Assembly: GCF_009914755.1 (NCBI RefSeq)
Contig: NC_060925.1
From: the human T2T-CHM13v2.0 reference genome, Homo sapiens
DNA length: 64,000 bases
Direction: 5' to 3' (one strand)
How positions within the stretch are numbered: position 1 is the stretch's first letter; each line of letters starts with the position of its first letter. Positions 12,771 to 26,660 of this stretch are shown here, in pieces. The translations under genes and the position numbers were made by a program. The notes below the pieces were generated by a model, which saw only the letters and a program-made list of their open reading frames with translations, was not told the origin of the DNA and made no database searches.

Positions 12771-14814
12771 TTAAGGGGAGTCTGTTAGTCTAATTGCATG
12801 TGGGAAGTCTTAACACTGAGATGGCTTATTGAAAGAAATACTTCCTAGTTTCTCTCCTCTCAGTCCCCCGGGACTGTGCTTTTGGCATCTTAGGCAGAAG
12901 CACTAGAATTTGGCTAATTCAGATGTCTGGGGACTGGTTTTGCAGGCTTTAAAATTCATGCCTCTTTTTCTCTTAAAACTCAACAACTTTGCCTTGAAGT
13001 AGAACATATTTCCATTTTTTCTATTCCATTGCAGCCACCTTTTTTTCTTTCTTCCAGTTTTACAACTTCCCCAGAGCATTACTTCCTTCCCTGTGGTCTT
13101 CCCAAAATTCATTTTCTGTTTACTGTTTATTGTAGGACTATATTAGTATGGAACAGATTGTGAACTTCATATTATGTCTCTTGTCATCCCTGTTATGTAC
13201 ACATCAAAGACAACCTTCCCTGAAGCTGTGTTTGGCATCTTGGGACTCTCTCTTTGCAGAGTCAAAGATCTGAGACCAATACCTATTCACAGACTATTTC
13301 CATTGCTGCTGAACTCCTACAGGGAAAACAGTGGAGAAGTCTTGAAACCTATGGGCGAGTTCTTAAAGCTATCAGTTTCTTGACCTTTCTGCCTTATTCT
13401 TATTTCCCCCAAATGTGCTGTGTCTTTTTGAAATGCAAGCAGAAGGCTCGATCTCCCTTGGGCAGAAGCAGCACCTTTTGTGACTTTTCTCTCTACTTAG
13501 ATTAGTATAAGTCCTCTGTTAACTTGAGAAGCTCAATTCCAATCATATGGGCTAACTGAAAACTCAGAAAATCTAAACTTTGAGAACTCTGATAATGACT
13601 CCTTGCCTCAATTGATATTTCAATGAATTCCACAACTTTGAGGTGTTTCTTTCCTTCATAGAGCAAGAAGAGCAGCATAAAGGTTACTCAAGGAAAGATT
13701 CAGAACCGTAGATTTGAGTAAAAAGCCGTAAAAATTACCTAAGAAACTACCAGAAAGTGGCTCTTACCTTCTCAAGATCCTCTTAAATCAACCTTTGGTT
13801 GTGTTCTATTACAAACTAAGAGAGGTGTTTTCAGGATTAGGTAGAAAAGATGAAAAGATGTGCAAAGAAAATAAAAGCAGGCTCTAGACAACATGAGGAT
13901 AAGTGAAGGTTGTTAGACAGTAAAATAATTATATTCAATGTCCTCTAGAGTAGGGAAGCCAAATGGGGCAGATTAGGTACTTATAACTCAGTGTTTGAAA
14001 TCATTGCCTACTCCCTTTCAAAGTAAAACATGGATCTCTGAAGATGACCATGGAAACACTTACAACAACAAATGTTATTTTCTTAAAGCAATTTAGTCTT
14101 ATAACTCACAAGGAGAGAGAAGTAATGTCAAGAACAAAAAGCAACAGGCATGGCATAAAGACAAAAAAAGAGTAGATATGGAAACTGTACTCCCAGAACT
14201 CTTCTGGTGATTAACAAGGGGCCTTTGTTGCATCATCTAGCCATTTCTGAAGCTACTCTGACATATTTTCTACTTTGAAAATAGAGAAAGTAAAATTATA
14301 ATTAGTTTGACATCTCATCATGCGTGAATTATGAAGCTCATTTTTGCTTGAGAGAAAGGAAAAATATCTCGAGCAACTCACACTAAGTTGCCCTTGAGAC
14401 AGCATAGTCAGGAAAGACAGAATAGATGCCGCCCAAGATATTGCCCACTGGGTTTCTTCTTAATACACATGCCAAGACCAATCCACCAAGGAATGTCTCC
14501 ATGTTTATCATTATGGTGATATACACGAGGACTTTCTACAATTGCTTTTTCCTTGCAGTAATCTGACTATTGGAGATCTCACCAGTTTCTTTGTCAATGA
14601 TGTGGGAGATGTTTACTTCTAATGAGACAAGGGACAACAGAGTGGAACAGAGTGTGAAACAAGGTAAAATAAAGAAAGGAAACTTAAATTATGGAGAGAT
14701 GTGTGAGAAAGACCATGGAGGCACCTGGGAATTGTGGATTGGTTTTATGACAAGAGGAGTCACTGTGACTCTTGAAGTAGGTAATTCCCAAGAGGAAGTA
14801 TAGGGTAGCAGTTA

Positions 14815-15030
14815 CGATAGTACCAGAGTAAAAATTTTTGTGGTTTCACTTACTAGTTTTGTGATGTTGGGCACACTATTTAACCTTTGATGCATCAGTT
14901 TCCTTATGTATGAAGCAGAAATAATAACAGTACCTTTCTCATAAAGTAGTTATGAGAATTAAGTGAGTTACTGTCTGAACAACACTTAGAATAGTGCTTG
15001 ACAGATCTCAAGTATAATATATGGGTTTGT
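14815..15030 (+). mobile_element. MIR SINE
   Basis: cacttactagttttgtgatgttgggc...catcagtttccttat...ataataacagtacct...tgagaattaagtgag...cttagaatagtgcttgac. Confidence 0.85.
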
Positions 15031-17903
15031 TAATCAAGTAAATTTCCAAAATATTATGGAAAGGTGGTCTCATCATGGATATGTAGGGAAAGTAATAAAC
15101 ATTCATTCATAGCAAAATTTTATTTCATCCTTTAAATTCATATTTTCTATTTGTGGTAAAATGTGTTCTTTGAATAACTTGTTAATATTTGTATATACTG
15201 TATAAATTGTAGGAGGTGTCTGCAATTACTTTTTGTTTTGAATCACAAAAATTTGAAAGCTACTCTTTCAGATTAAGAATCTACTTATAAAACTTAAGCA
15301 GATATTATATAGGAATATTTTATGAGAGTATTGCCATTGTTTCAATAAGATCAATATTCTGCAGATATTCATTTAACTTGTTGTGTCCCTTTTTAGGAGT
15401 GTAGAGAATCTGAACTTCACAGAGTCTCTGTAAAGGGGAAACCTGGTGTACAATGTGATTACCGTAATTATCTGGTTGGATAACAAAAAGGTTGATTACC
15501 TGACCAGGAACAAATCAGATTCTCTTTGATGAGAAGTGGAACTGTGAGATAGAAACTTTTGTCAGTCATTGATTAGATCCTTAGCTAAGACTAATATAAC
15601 ATTGGAACCAGTGTCAATATCACAGCTATCATGTACAAGTGAAAGTTGGAGAGGAGCAAATATTAGCTGTTATATATTAGATATTTTTTTCATTATTTCA
15701 ACCCTCTTTCCTGATCTTCCTAAGTTATTTTCATGGATGTATATTCCTTGCAACCTAGTATTTCCAGATTAGAATATTTTCTATGGTTTGGATGTGGTAA
15801 TGCAAATAAAAGGATTAATACAAATGGCTAACATTAGAGTGGCTTAACGAAAGAACAATTATACCACTGAGGTAGTGGGAAAACTGTAGAAGACAAATTG
15901 TTATGGTTTGTGCTTATATAAGTGAGAATTTTACATTGTAGCAGCTCATATTACTTATCACTTTTTATTGAAATTAGATATCTCCAAGTCTTTTCTTGAA
16001 ACGTAATAAATGGAATATAATCTTTTAAATTTTTATACAATATCAGGATACTCATAAAATCCTATAAACATTTTTTAAAAACCTTTTTTTATTCAGGAGA
16101 AATTTCAAAATTCACACATATTCTAATACAAATAGAGAAGATTTATGGTGCTTCAGAAAAAATTCCACAAAATTGGGCAGATGTTCACATATATTTGTGT
16201 GCATTTTTAAATGAATGCACCTTGTTGTACTCCATCTGTTTGGTACTTTAAACTCTTTCTGGAAATGGCATCTCAAAGATTTGAGAAGCCTTACATGCAC
16301 ATATATGCAATAATAAGACTTCAGGGCTGCTTCATAGTGAAATAAAAAATAAAAGCACAGTTGCCTAGGCAGTACTGCTTAAAACGTTTCTTTTATTAAG
16401 ATTAAAACATTTCATAGAATAACATTATAATATATTTAGGATCATTTTTCTTGTTTACTTGTATTTTTCTGTCTTTCTGAATGTCTTTGGTTATAAAAAT
16501 GTCCTATTATATTTTAAATACTGCAAGCATCAGAGAAGGAAAAGGCAGTGATTTGTGCTTGTTACTGCACAAAGTGCAGTAAGGTTAATGAACTTCTACT
16601 ACTAACAGGATTAAATGTTCAATTTAAATCCAGGCCAGGTGAAGTACATGATTATTCTTTTTTAAATCTACTATAATCGTACCTAAGCATTTCAATCTTA
16701 GTCTTTTTTCTGCCTGAACAAAATATGCTAGATAAAAATGGAGGTCTTATTTAAACTATAATCATTTAGTTTCCATCTAGTAAATTTCATTAATTACTTA
16801 TAGAGAGGGAACAGGTTTAGGATTTTGTGCATTTTAAAGAAGAGCAAATAGCTTTGTGCAGCTGTTTGATGGAGGCTACAGGATCACTAAACATAATATG
16901 ATTTTCAGTTCTGAAACTGAGATAAGGAGTAAAGGATTTGACTTTAGTGGTATGTAGTATACTAGAGCTTAAACCAGAGGACTAAGAATTTGTAAAGTAA
17001 CACTGCTTCATGAAAATTATACTTTAATAAATCATGTAACACAAAATGCTGAATTTGTAGGAAATTCTTTATATTAAACCATAATAATTTACCCACTTAA
17101 AAGATGGGCATATATTGGGTTAGCATTTTAAATGGGTTTCTAAGTTAGGATGTCTCAGTTAAATTTCTCTAGATTAGAATAAGATTGACAGCCTTATTTT
17201 GAGTAGTAAAAACTGCCGGTTTTGTGTTTCCTGGGGAAAAAATCTTCCATATTGAATTTCCTCCATAGAAAGCGTGGACATCTGGAGAGGGAAGGATGCT
17301 CCCTGGGGAAAAATTCACAGATCATTCTTCATAATTCTATTTTAAATAGAACAGATATAAACCAACACACTCCTTCATTGATTTATTCACTCATTTAATA
17401 CATTTTTTTTTTGTTGTTTCCTATGTCTCAGATGTTTTGAAAATCTTGCCATATAGCTGTCAGTAAAACCAACTACTTGTCCTCCTGGAGCTTCCATTCT
17501 CATAAAAAGCAACAGAGAATAAACTTGGAAACTCAGAATAGTTATAAATAGAGCCCCTTTCAGTCTCAAAGTGGTTCAATGAGAGTGAAACATTACTAGG
17601 TCCCCCTTTATATATATATATATCAGCCGATGACAAGTATTGTCAAAAACAATAAACAGGGTAAAGGACAAAGGAGTTTGGAGGAGGGAATGCCACTACT
17701 ATTTATAATATAGAATGTCAGGGAAGGCCTTTTAGTTAGAAAGGAGCAAGGAAGGCCAGTAGATAATGCAGGGAAGAGTGTTCCAGGCAAGTGCAAAAGC
17801 TCCAAGGCAGACTTTTGCTTGGACCATTCAAGGACCAGCAAAGAGACTAGTGTGGGTCCAGTAGAGTGGTGAGGGGCAGAACAGCAGGAGAGAAGTCAGT
17901 GAG

Positions 17904-18214
<311 letters not shown>

Positions 18215-18460
18215 TCAGTGGGTTCTTGAAGGACTTGGGCTGTTACTCTGAGTAAATGGGATTCATTACATAGTTTAGAGCAGAGAAGTGACATGCTTTG
18301 ACTCATGTTTTAAAAGAATCATTTGGGCTTCTGTGTTGATTACATGCTAGGAAGCAAATAAGGAAAATAGCTACAGAGCAAGTTGTATAGTCCAGGCAGC
18401 AGGGATGGGCTCTTGAAAGAGGTTGATAGTGCTATTAGAAGTGGTTAGATTTTGAATATA

Positions 18461-19429
18461 CAGGCATATCCTATATAAAATCTCTCTAATAAATAAGAAC
18501 GCCTCTTGATTGTCGAATTACCCACATTTCATATTACTCATACACAACTTTCTCAATACATTTTTAAGACTATACTAATATAGGAAAAAAATTAATATTT
18601 ATGTCCTAAACACACAAACATTTAAAAATATAATATGCAGGAGAAAACTTGAAACTGAAAAATAGTTGCTAGAGCACCAGAATTATGTGTAGATATTAGA
18701 ATAACAACAAATTGGCAAAAAAAAGGATGTGCATTTTGGATTTTGCATATGCTATGAGGCCTAACGGTGTCATATTTAGCAGGAATGATGAGCATTATCT
18801 TTAAACATGAGGATGATAAGATGGGAAGCTTAACATTTTAAAGTAGCCAATCCCTTATAGCTTTGTTCAAAAAATAATGGAAATGTAAATAAAAATCGAT
18901 TTTGCATTTTTTATCTAAACATATCAAATCTGTTTTTCAAGTTTTGACTTTTCAAATGTCTCTACAAATACCCAAATGACAGAGAATCTCTACCAGTTCC
19001 TCTGAGTTTGATAATTTGCCTGAAATTGCCCATTCATTACCCAAATTGTCAGTACCACCACCTTCTAAAGTAAGTGACAAAGATAACTTTAATCTTTTAC
19101 CCTTTTTCCTTCTCAACATTTGCCAAGCCTCAAGTGTCCAACTCACTTGGTAAGTATGTATTAGAGAATTGTCTAATTTTTATTGTACATTTTTCCCTGC
19201 ATATTTTGGATAAATATTATTTACCATGAAAGATTTCAAAATCTAACAACTTTTGCTGTATTTTAGGTATGCTTTAGTCCTTTAGAAATTTAGTTGGGGA
19301 CTTTTGTTTTGATGTAGCTCATTGTATTTTTCTCACTTGAAATAATGTGAAATAGGCTGCTGATTCGTGTTTTGGTGCAGAACATTCGATGCGCAGGAAT
19401 GCTTAATGATGTTAAATAGAAGTTACCTA
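18461..19429. mobile_element. Tigger-like non-autonomous DNA transposon inserted into L2
   Basis: L2 breaks at ...gattttgaataTA and resumes ttcttaaaaggtaggatcaacagg; degenerate TIRs caggcatatcctatataa vs reverse complement taggtaacttctatttaa. Confidence 0.6.
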
Positions 19430-20799
19430 TTCTTAAAAGGTAGGATCAACAGGGAAGGGATGGGTCAGGAATGATTCCATAGTTTTTAGTCTGGGAAAAT
19501 CGGAAGGATAGTTACATTTACTGAAATTGGTATGACAGCAGGAGGAGCAGGTCTTGGAGAAAAAGCACGAATTCTGTCTTGGACATGTTGAGTGTGAGAT
19601 TCCTATTAGATATCCTAGTTGAAATATGAATAGGAGGTTGAATAGATGAATCTGTTGTTCAGGAGAGGGAACCAGGCTAGAAATGTAATGTTGGTAGTTA
19701 TCAGTATAGGTTATCTGCATAGGTTTATAACCCTGAGATTTGTTTTGATCACAAAGGGAGTGGATATAGATAGAAAATAAGTTTAAAGAAAGAGCCCTGG
19801 GACTTTTCATCATTTAAGACCAAGGGTATTAAAAAGAAAAGAAAAGAGCCAGCAAGGGAGGTGAGTAGAAGTGGCCGGTGAGGTAAGAGGAGAGCCAACC
19901 AAGAGGGGCCAGAGAAGCCATAGGTAAAGTTTCCTTCCTTTTCTTTCCTTCAACAAAAGAGGTGGTAATCAACTTTATTTAATGTTCCAGATTGTTGGAG
20001 TAAGACAAGGGCTGACAACTGAGCAATGAGCTTAACAACCTGAAGGTCTTTGGTGATTTGATAAGGGCTATTTCACTGGAATGGAGGGGGCAAAAACCTG
20101 GGATCAAGGCAAAATGAGAGGGGAAGAATTGCCAACAATGAGTAGAGACAACTTTTGATGAATTCCTTTGGAAAGAGAACAAAGACATAGAATTTTAACT
20201 AGAAAAGAATACTGAGCAGAAACATTTTTGGATAGTTTGCTTTTTATGTTTTTTGTTTGTTTGTTTTTGACATGATGGATTTAGTACCATGTCTGTAATG
20301 TTGAAGAAAATAGAAAAACAAATGATTTAGGTAACAAAATATTGGCTGTAGAGATATCCTTAAGTGGTAAGGGACCAGATCTTAAGCACAAGTGTGAGTT
20401 TGTGTAGGGTGGGGTGCTGACAGTGGTGGCCTTAATGGGAACACTAAAAATTCATTTCTAGGAACAGAAGAAAAGGCAGAGCATCTGGACACAGATGTAG
20501 GTAAGTAGGTAGATGTACTAGTGGAAGTTTATGGAAAGTCTTTTCCAATTGCTTTAATCATTGTCAATGTTCAAAAGAGGAAAGTCCTTTAGTTGAGTGC
20601 TGAAAATAGTGAAATGAGTTTGAGGTTGTTTAGAAAATATGTCATCTCTAGGTCAAAAACTATTACTTATGCTAAGATCTAAGAAACGTGGTGGTGACAT
20701 GAAAACAGAAGTCATTGGGAACAAGGAGGAAAAATAAGTGTGAGACAAAGGTGTTGCAAAAGACATCAAAATAGAAATGGATGTTTTTATCAAAGACTT

Positions 20800-22089
20800 G
20801 CCACACTAAGCAGAAAGGAGACTTTTAAACAGGGTGCCACGAGCCTTCCAAAGTGTGCTATCAAATGGTTATCAATGTCCACAATATCTGACAAGATGAT
20901 AAAATGGGACTCGTTCTATCTCTATTTTATCGAAAGCCCCACAGTCTGAGAACAATACAAAGGTACCTTGTTACTCTATGTCCTAAACCAAAGAGCCAGT
21001 CCACTTAATCAGGACATGTTAAAAGATCACGAGACTAGTTCAGACAACTTTAGCAATCTCTCACCTCTAGTCTCTGTAAGTGGAAGAGTTTGGAGAAGAG
21101 TGAGAATGTTGTGGAAAGAGTTTTTGGAGTACCATAGAGTTTCACCTCCTCCTGCAAGTGACATAAGCTTAGAGAGCACTTTCTGTTTTGTTTTTGAATT
21201 AAATTTATTTATTTATTCATTCATTCTTTACAGAGGTAATCAAGTTACTGAGAGGACTTTCTAGGAGGGTTGAAATATGTCCACAGAGTTTTGGCTTGGG
21301 ATTGAAGAGCAAAGAGGAGAAAGGCTGCACTGGGAGTGAGTAAGCTGCGCTTCCACCCGACTAGGACAGGGGTGCATGCGTTTCCCATAGGCCAAGTGGT
21401 CCTTGGGAGTAGGCTGACCCAAAATAGTTTTAAAGGAGACCTTGAAGGTCTTCCAGCCAAGAGCAAGATGACCTGAATAGGAAAAGCAAGTCAAAGCAAA
21501 ACAAGACACCATATCCTACAATTTCTGAATTGTAGGATGTTCATGAGGGCAGGAGTGGGTGACTGAATGATTAGGGTAAAGTCAGAAAAACAGCATTGCC
21601 TTTATCTAAGGAGCTCTGTTTTTGTTTTCTAAAGAACCTACAAGAGCCTGCTTAGAAAAAAAGATATCCAGAGATTCCCCACACCCTTATACAAAGTAAG
21701 ACTGTGTCCTTGCCTTCTGATCCCTTCTTACCCTGAGGCTGGCCCCAGAGGGTTTTGAAGCTCTCACTATCAGAGTAAGACAGACAATGGAAGAAAGAAG
21801 AAAATACCATATTACACTCCCCACCTCAGGCTTTCAGGCCGGAGACAAGCCCTAGCTTGGAAAATGGAAGACTTAGCCTGGATGTAAATTTCAAATTAGG
21901 GTATTATATTAAAAGGGACTGGTCATTTTAGTGCCTGAAATGACACTGCAACCAAAAAGGATCAGGAGTGTTAAGGGACCTGCCTGGAAATAAGTGATTT
22001 CCAGAAGAGGTTTGAAGAATAGTCAGGGAGGAATGAAATTGCATCATGATTCACTCATTGAGTGCTTCACTTTCAATATGTCAGTTACG
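20800..22089 (+). mobile_element. Ancient ERV solo LTR (LTR78-like)
   Basis: gagtttcacctcctcctgcaagtgacataagc... and 3' end ggaatgaaattgcatcatgatt...ttcaatatgtcagttac resemble LTR78 from memory; 5' boundary uncertain. Confidence 0.5.
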
Positions 22090-22711
22090 CAACCTTATTA
22101 AAATTATAGATATATTGTGAAGGCTACACTGTCAGATGGAACACTGAGCATAGCAAGTCTTGCCATATGGCTTAAATCGATACTACTCAGTGACTTTCTA
22201 CAAGTTAATGGTAGATGTTGTGACTTCACAAAATGTTAAGTTGGTCTCAAAGAAAAATCAAAATCAAGTATTTACTGGAACATGAGAATATTCCAGTTTT
22301 GAAAATATAAAGAAACATAGTCAAATAAGCTAACTATTCTGTTTCAATGGTAACCCAGTGATGAAGAGCAATCAAATGAAATAAACATGATAATATATAT
22401 AATCTACAGTTTTCTACATTTTCAAAAAAATAACTCTATAAGATTCTTAAATAGGTCACCAGAAATTTGAGTTCCTAATTAAAACTGTGCCATGATTAGA
22501 AAATTTGAAAACCTACACAATATAGCCTACCAGCTGTGGTTGAGCTACTAACCCCCACACCTTGAGAACATGGCTTAATTTTAAGGCTCATGAATAGGTG
22601 ATGATGAAACCATTGGTACGTCATAAGAGTCAGCCGATGTATTTGGGATTCCTGATCTATCCTTCATTTGAGTAGAGTGGCTATCTCTAAGTTGCATACT
22701 CTACCCTAATA

Positions 22712-23004
22712 CAATAATATATCATTTAATTATGGGACTACATTCTGAGGAATGCAGTATTAGGTGATTCTGTCATTGTATGAACATCACAAAGCATACC
22801 TAAGCTATATGCAAACCTGTACAGCACTTTACTGTACTGAATGAGTACTGTAGGCAGTTGTGACACAATGATAAGAATTTGTGTACCTAAACATATCTAA
22901 ACATAGAAAAGGTACAGTAAAAATAAAGCATTACATTCTTATGGGACCATCATCATATATGCAGTTCACCATTGACCAAAACACCATTGTTTGGCACATG
23001 ACTG
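22712..23004 (+). mobile_element. Tigger3a (MER7A) MITE
   Basis: caaacctgtacagc...ctgtactgaat...aaacatatctaaacatagaaaaggtacagtaaaaata...cttatgggacca...gcacatgactg. Confidence 0.88.
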
Positions 23005-23729
23005 AGTGTATATACATACACACACATATGTATACACGTGTGTATACATATATATAATGCAATGCTATACTATATTTAATCCTCACTTTATAATAATGTA
23101 ATGAAGATTAAGCAACGTAATGTATAAAGAGTAAGATCCAATTCATTTCCTTCCTTAACTTCAGAGGCAACACCTTTTCATGTTTGCTTTCCTGGGATAT
23201 CACAGAGTAGGTAATGACATGCTGACAGCTCTCACTTCAAATTCATGACCACTAACCTCAAGGGGGCAATCCTAAAAGCCATTCATACCTTTTTTCCTCC
23301 ATAAATACCCAATAACTCATCCTGCTTCTTATCCATTTGTGAATGTTCCCATAATCTTGTTCATTCCTTCTTTCTTACCACTGGAAAATTTTGCTCATGA
23401 GGTCATTCCTTCCTCAAATTACTAAGCTGACGGACTTCGTTACATTTTTAGCATGCAGAGCTCCATTGTTTTTTTCCTAATGAAATCTTACATAGAACAC
23501 GAAAGTAGAACTACTCTCATTCAAGCACAGGGTGTGGCTGCAGTGTGAGGTCTCAGAGCCCTGGATGCACAGCCATACCCTCCTTGTCACCCTCCATCAC
23601 CCACCCCAGTGGCAGCCATATCAGTAGGTATTTATAGAAATATTTCTCGTTTCTTGTTACTCTACCCATGGCAACTCATTATTCATGGGTGGGTATATGT
23701 AAAGCATTTAGACACTTGATCAGTTTCTC

Positions 23730-24480
23730 TTCCTTCTGTCCCCTAAACATAGGCTTTCCTGAAGTTTCTTGTCTCAGGCCCTTTAAGATTTGTTTCACAC
23801 TCCTGCTTCAATGATCTTATCATCTCATCTAATACCAACTCTCACTTATTTACACACAACTTCCTGTTATACATCTCTAGTCCCACCTCCTAGGTAATTG
23901 TTCAATCTCTCCCTTTTCCAGAGTCATTGCCACATGCTCTAACCCTGGTTTCTCTTTTTGTCCCAAAGCCAGTTCCACTTTCTTCTTTCTGTTTATGGTC
24001 ACGATGTTCTTCGTTCAAGCTTAAAACTTCACAATCATCTTTGAATTCTTTATCTTCCTCATGTCAGTCAGTTGTCACAGTATATAGATTGTGCCTCTGA
24101 AGTTCAACTCACATACCTCCTCTTGTGTCCATTCCTAAAACAATCACCCTGGTTTAATTTCTTATTGCAGTTTGTTTGGTCTAATGCAATGAATACTGAA
24201 TTAGTTCCACTGCCTCCAGCTTTCCCTACACAAATCCATCACACTCACTGTTGCCAGGCTGATCTTCCCAGAGCACTGATCCACCTATTTCACTACCACA
24301 ATCCTTCAATGACTTCCTTTTACCAATTGGATTAAGAACACACTCTTCTGCCTAGAATTCTTGGCCTACCACAATGTGTTCCCAACCTGTTTTTTGTGCA
24401 TTATCTTGTTTAATGTCCTATAAAAAGTCTACATTAAAGACAAATTAGAAAATTTGCTGTAGTCCAAACACATCCCATCT
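23730..24480 (+). mobile_element. L2 fragment (L2c-like)
   Basis: atacatctctagtccc, aaacttcacaatcatctttgaattct, ccttcaatgacttcc...ttctgcctagaattcttggcctaccaca. Confidence 0.55.
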
Positions 24481-24541
24481 TAGAAATATGTTCCTCTTTA
24501 TTTTCTCTTTCTGCATCTGTATAATTTGTAGATGCCCTTCA

Positions 24542-24790
24542 AAGCAGTATAATACAATGATTTAGAGCCTTGGCTTTAGAGTTAGACAGACCTGGGTTCA
24601 AGTGCTTCCATTTAAAGGCTTTATGACCTTGGGTTGGTTACTTAACCTCTTTAGAGCTAAATTCTACATTTTTTAAATGATGATGATAATATTACATACA
24701 TTATAAAGTTGCTGAGAATTAAATCAGATAATATGTCTTCACACTTAAAGCTTTTAAGCAATGGTATAGCATAGGAAGTACTAGTGAGTA
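24542..24790 (+). mobile_element. MIR SINE
   Basis: tggctttagagttagacagacctgggttcaag...tgaccttggg...ttacttaacctct...gagaattaaatcagataat. Confidence 0.88.
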
Positions 24791-24794
24791 AATT

Positions 24795-25175
24795 TACTCA
24801 AACACGTAAGGTACCATCCTCAGGGATTTTGCACCTGCTGTCCTTATGCCTGTAATACTCTTCTCCCAGGTACATGCATGACTTATGCTCCTAGGTCACT
24901 ATTAAAATGTCACTTCTTCAGAGGAGTCTTACCTAATGATCCTAAGAGTACTCACTGTGTCCACTCTGTTCCTTTATTTTGCTTCTCTTTCTTTAAAACA
25001 ACTGACATTATATTATTTATGTATGTATTTATTTGTATATTGCCTGCTACACTAGAAGGTAAGCTCCGTCTGAGTCAGGTCTTAGTCTATTTTGTTTATT
25101 GCCACATTCCAGGCACCCAGGGCAGTGTCTGGCATATGGTGGCTATTAATGGATTTTTATTGAATGAATAAATAA
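24795..25175 (+). mobile_element. L2a 3' end
   Basis: cctcagggattttgcacctgctgtcc...aaatgtcacttcttcagaggag...ctagaaggtaagctcc...gtgtctggcatatggt...ttgaatgaataaat. Confidence 0.85.
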
Positions 25176-25659
25176 CCAAATTAATCTTTTAAATAAATTT
25201 TAGCTTTAATTAAAGGTAGTTCCAAATATTTTTGTTATAATAATTTTTTTGATCAGCCCACTGAGTTAGTTACCTCCTTCTATGAAATCTGTATATACTT
25301 CCCTAATGGAATGTATATTCTGATTTAGATATTTATGTCTGATCTTAGCACAGTTTGGCAGATCAAGTATTTCTCAAGAATAGGAATATTGTAACAACAG
25401 AATTGAGTAGTTGTGACAGACTGTAAGGTATACATAAACACACACACACAGCTATATATAGTAAATTTATATTTTAATTTAAATTAAAATTTAAATATAC
25501 ATATATATATATCCAGTAGCCAACACAAAGTGAATTTTATATAGAAGTCACTCAATAATATAAAACTGTTATTCAATAACTAATACATAGTATGCAATTA
25601 TATATCAATGAGATAGATAATAGAGAAGCAATGATAGTAAACAAATTGTAACTAGATAA

Positions 25660-26030
25660 TGGAAATAGTCATAATTTATTGAACACCTAATGATGCTCAA
25701 TGTTGACTTCAATAATAGCCTGAAAAAATGGATGTATGAAGCTCTTGGAAGTTAGGTCGCTTTTCCAGGGTCACCAAGAAGGAATAATAATCATAGCCAC
25801 AATACCAGCCAGCATTTATTGAATGTGTTTTAGGCATCGGGCTGTTAACTTTACATGTATCATATAATTTAATTTAATCTTTACAACATACTTTTGAGAT
25901 AGATAATATAATCCTTATTTTTTAGATAAAGAAAATGAGGTTCAGCAAGTTTAAGTAATTGGCTTGATATCACATAACTTGTGAGTAGTAAAAGAGCAGG
26001 GTATGCCTGACTCCAAACTTTAGCAGAGTA
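25660..26030 (-). mobile_element. Two MIR fragments
   Basis: agcatttattgaatg...agataaagaaaatgaggttcagcaagtttaagtaattggc...atcacataac is reverse-strand MIR core. Confidence 0.75.
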
Positions 26031-26479
26031 ATTACATATTCTGCTCTGAAACTTTTGTACTATAGATACCTGCAACAATAGTCTCATGATGGAGGGATGA
26101 ATTATTTACACTAGGAGGCTGGGATTACTTGATTTTTTTGAAGACAACTGAAATAAGTCCAAATTTGAAGTCTTTTATATTCTGGCTCCCCCATCCTTCA
26201 ACCTATTTGCTCCTGCTCCCTCCCAAGCCTTTCAGGCCACCAAGGCTGTCTGAAACCTCATGGGCCTCTGAGCAGGCTCTATGTATTTCTTTTCCTTTGT
26301 TTTTGCTTCTCCACCTCTTCTCCACCCTGACCCCCCAGAATCCTCTAATCTCTCTTCTCCACTTATTTGATTTTTTTCTCTGTTCAAATGCCACCACATC
26401 CATGGTACTTGAATTATTCTTGCTTTTATCGGCTCATGGTAAAATCTACATTCTATACAATTCTGGTAGAAGAAGCATT

Positions 26480-26660
26480 TGGTGCTTCTTTTCACAGCAC
26501 TTGATATTGATATTTAACTTTGTTTGTGTGTCTATATATGTCTTGTTTTCTCCCCAAGGGAATTTTAAGGACCAAATTCTATCATGATTTCTGTTTCTCC
26601 ATCATAATAACAACATACTGACACACAGTAGGTATTAAATTTCTACTTAATTGAGTTGAA
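26480..26660 (+). mobile_element. L2 3' end
   Basis: tgtcttgttttctcccc...ctgacacacagtaggtattaaa...attgagttgaa. Confidence 0.55.

Noticed and set aside
19433-19813. 126-aa ORF
   Set aside because: Lies entirely within decayed L2a
23026-23051. 12-bp-arm palindrome atatgtatacac-gt-gtgtatacatat
   Set aside because: Part of an alternating purine-pyrimidine microsatellite, where such symmetry is routine
26129-26587. 152-aa ORF
   Set aside because: Non-ATG start, pyrimidine-biased composition, overlaps L2 relic, no recognisable domain
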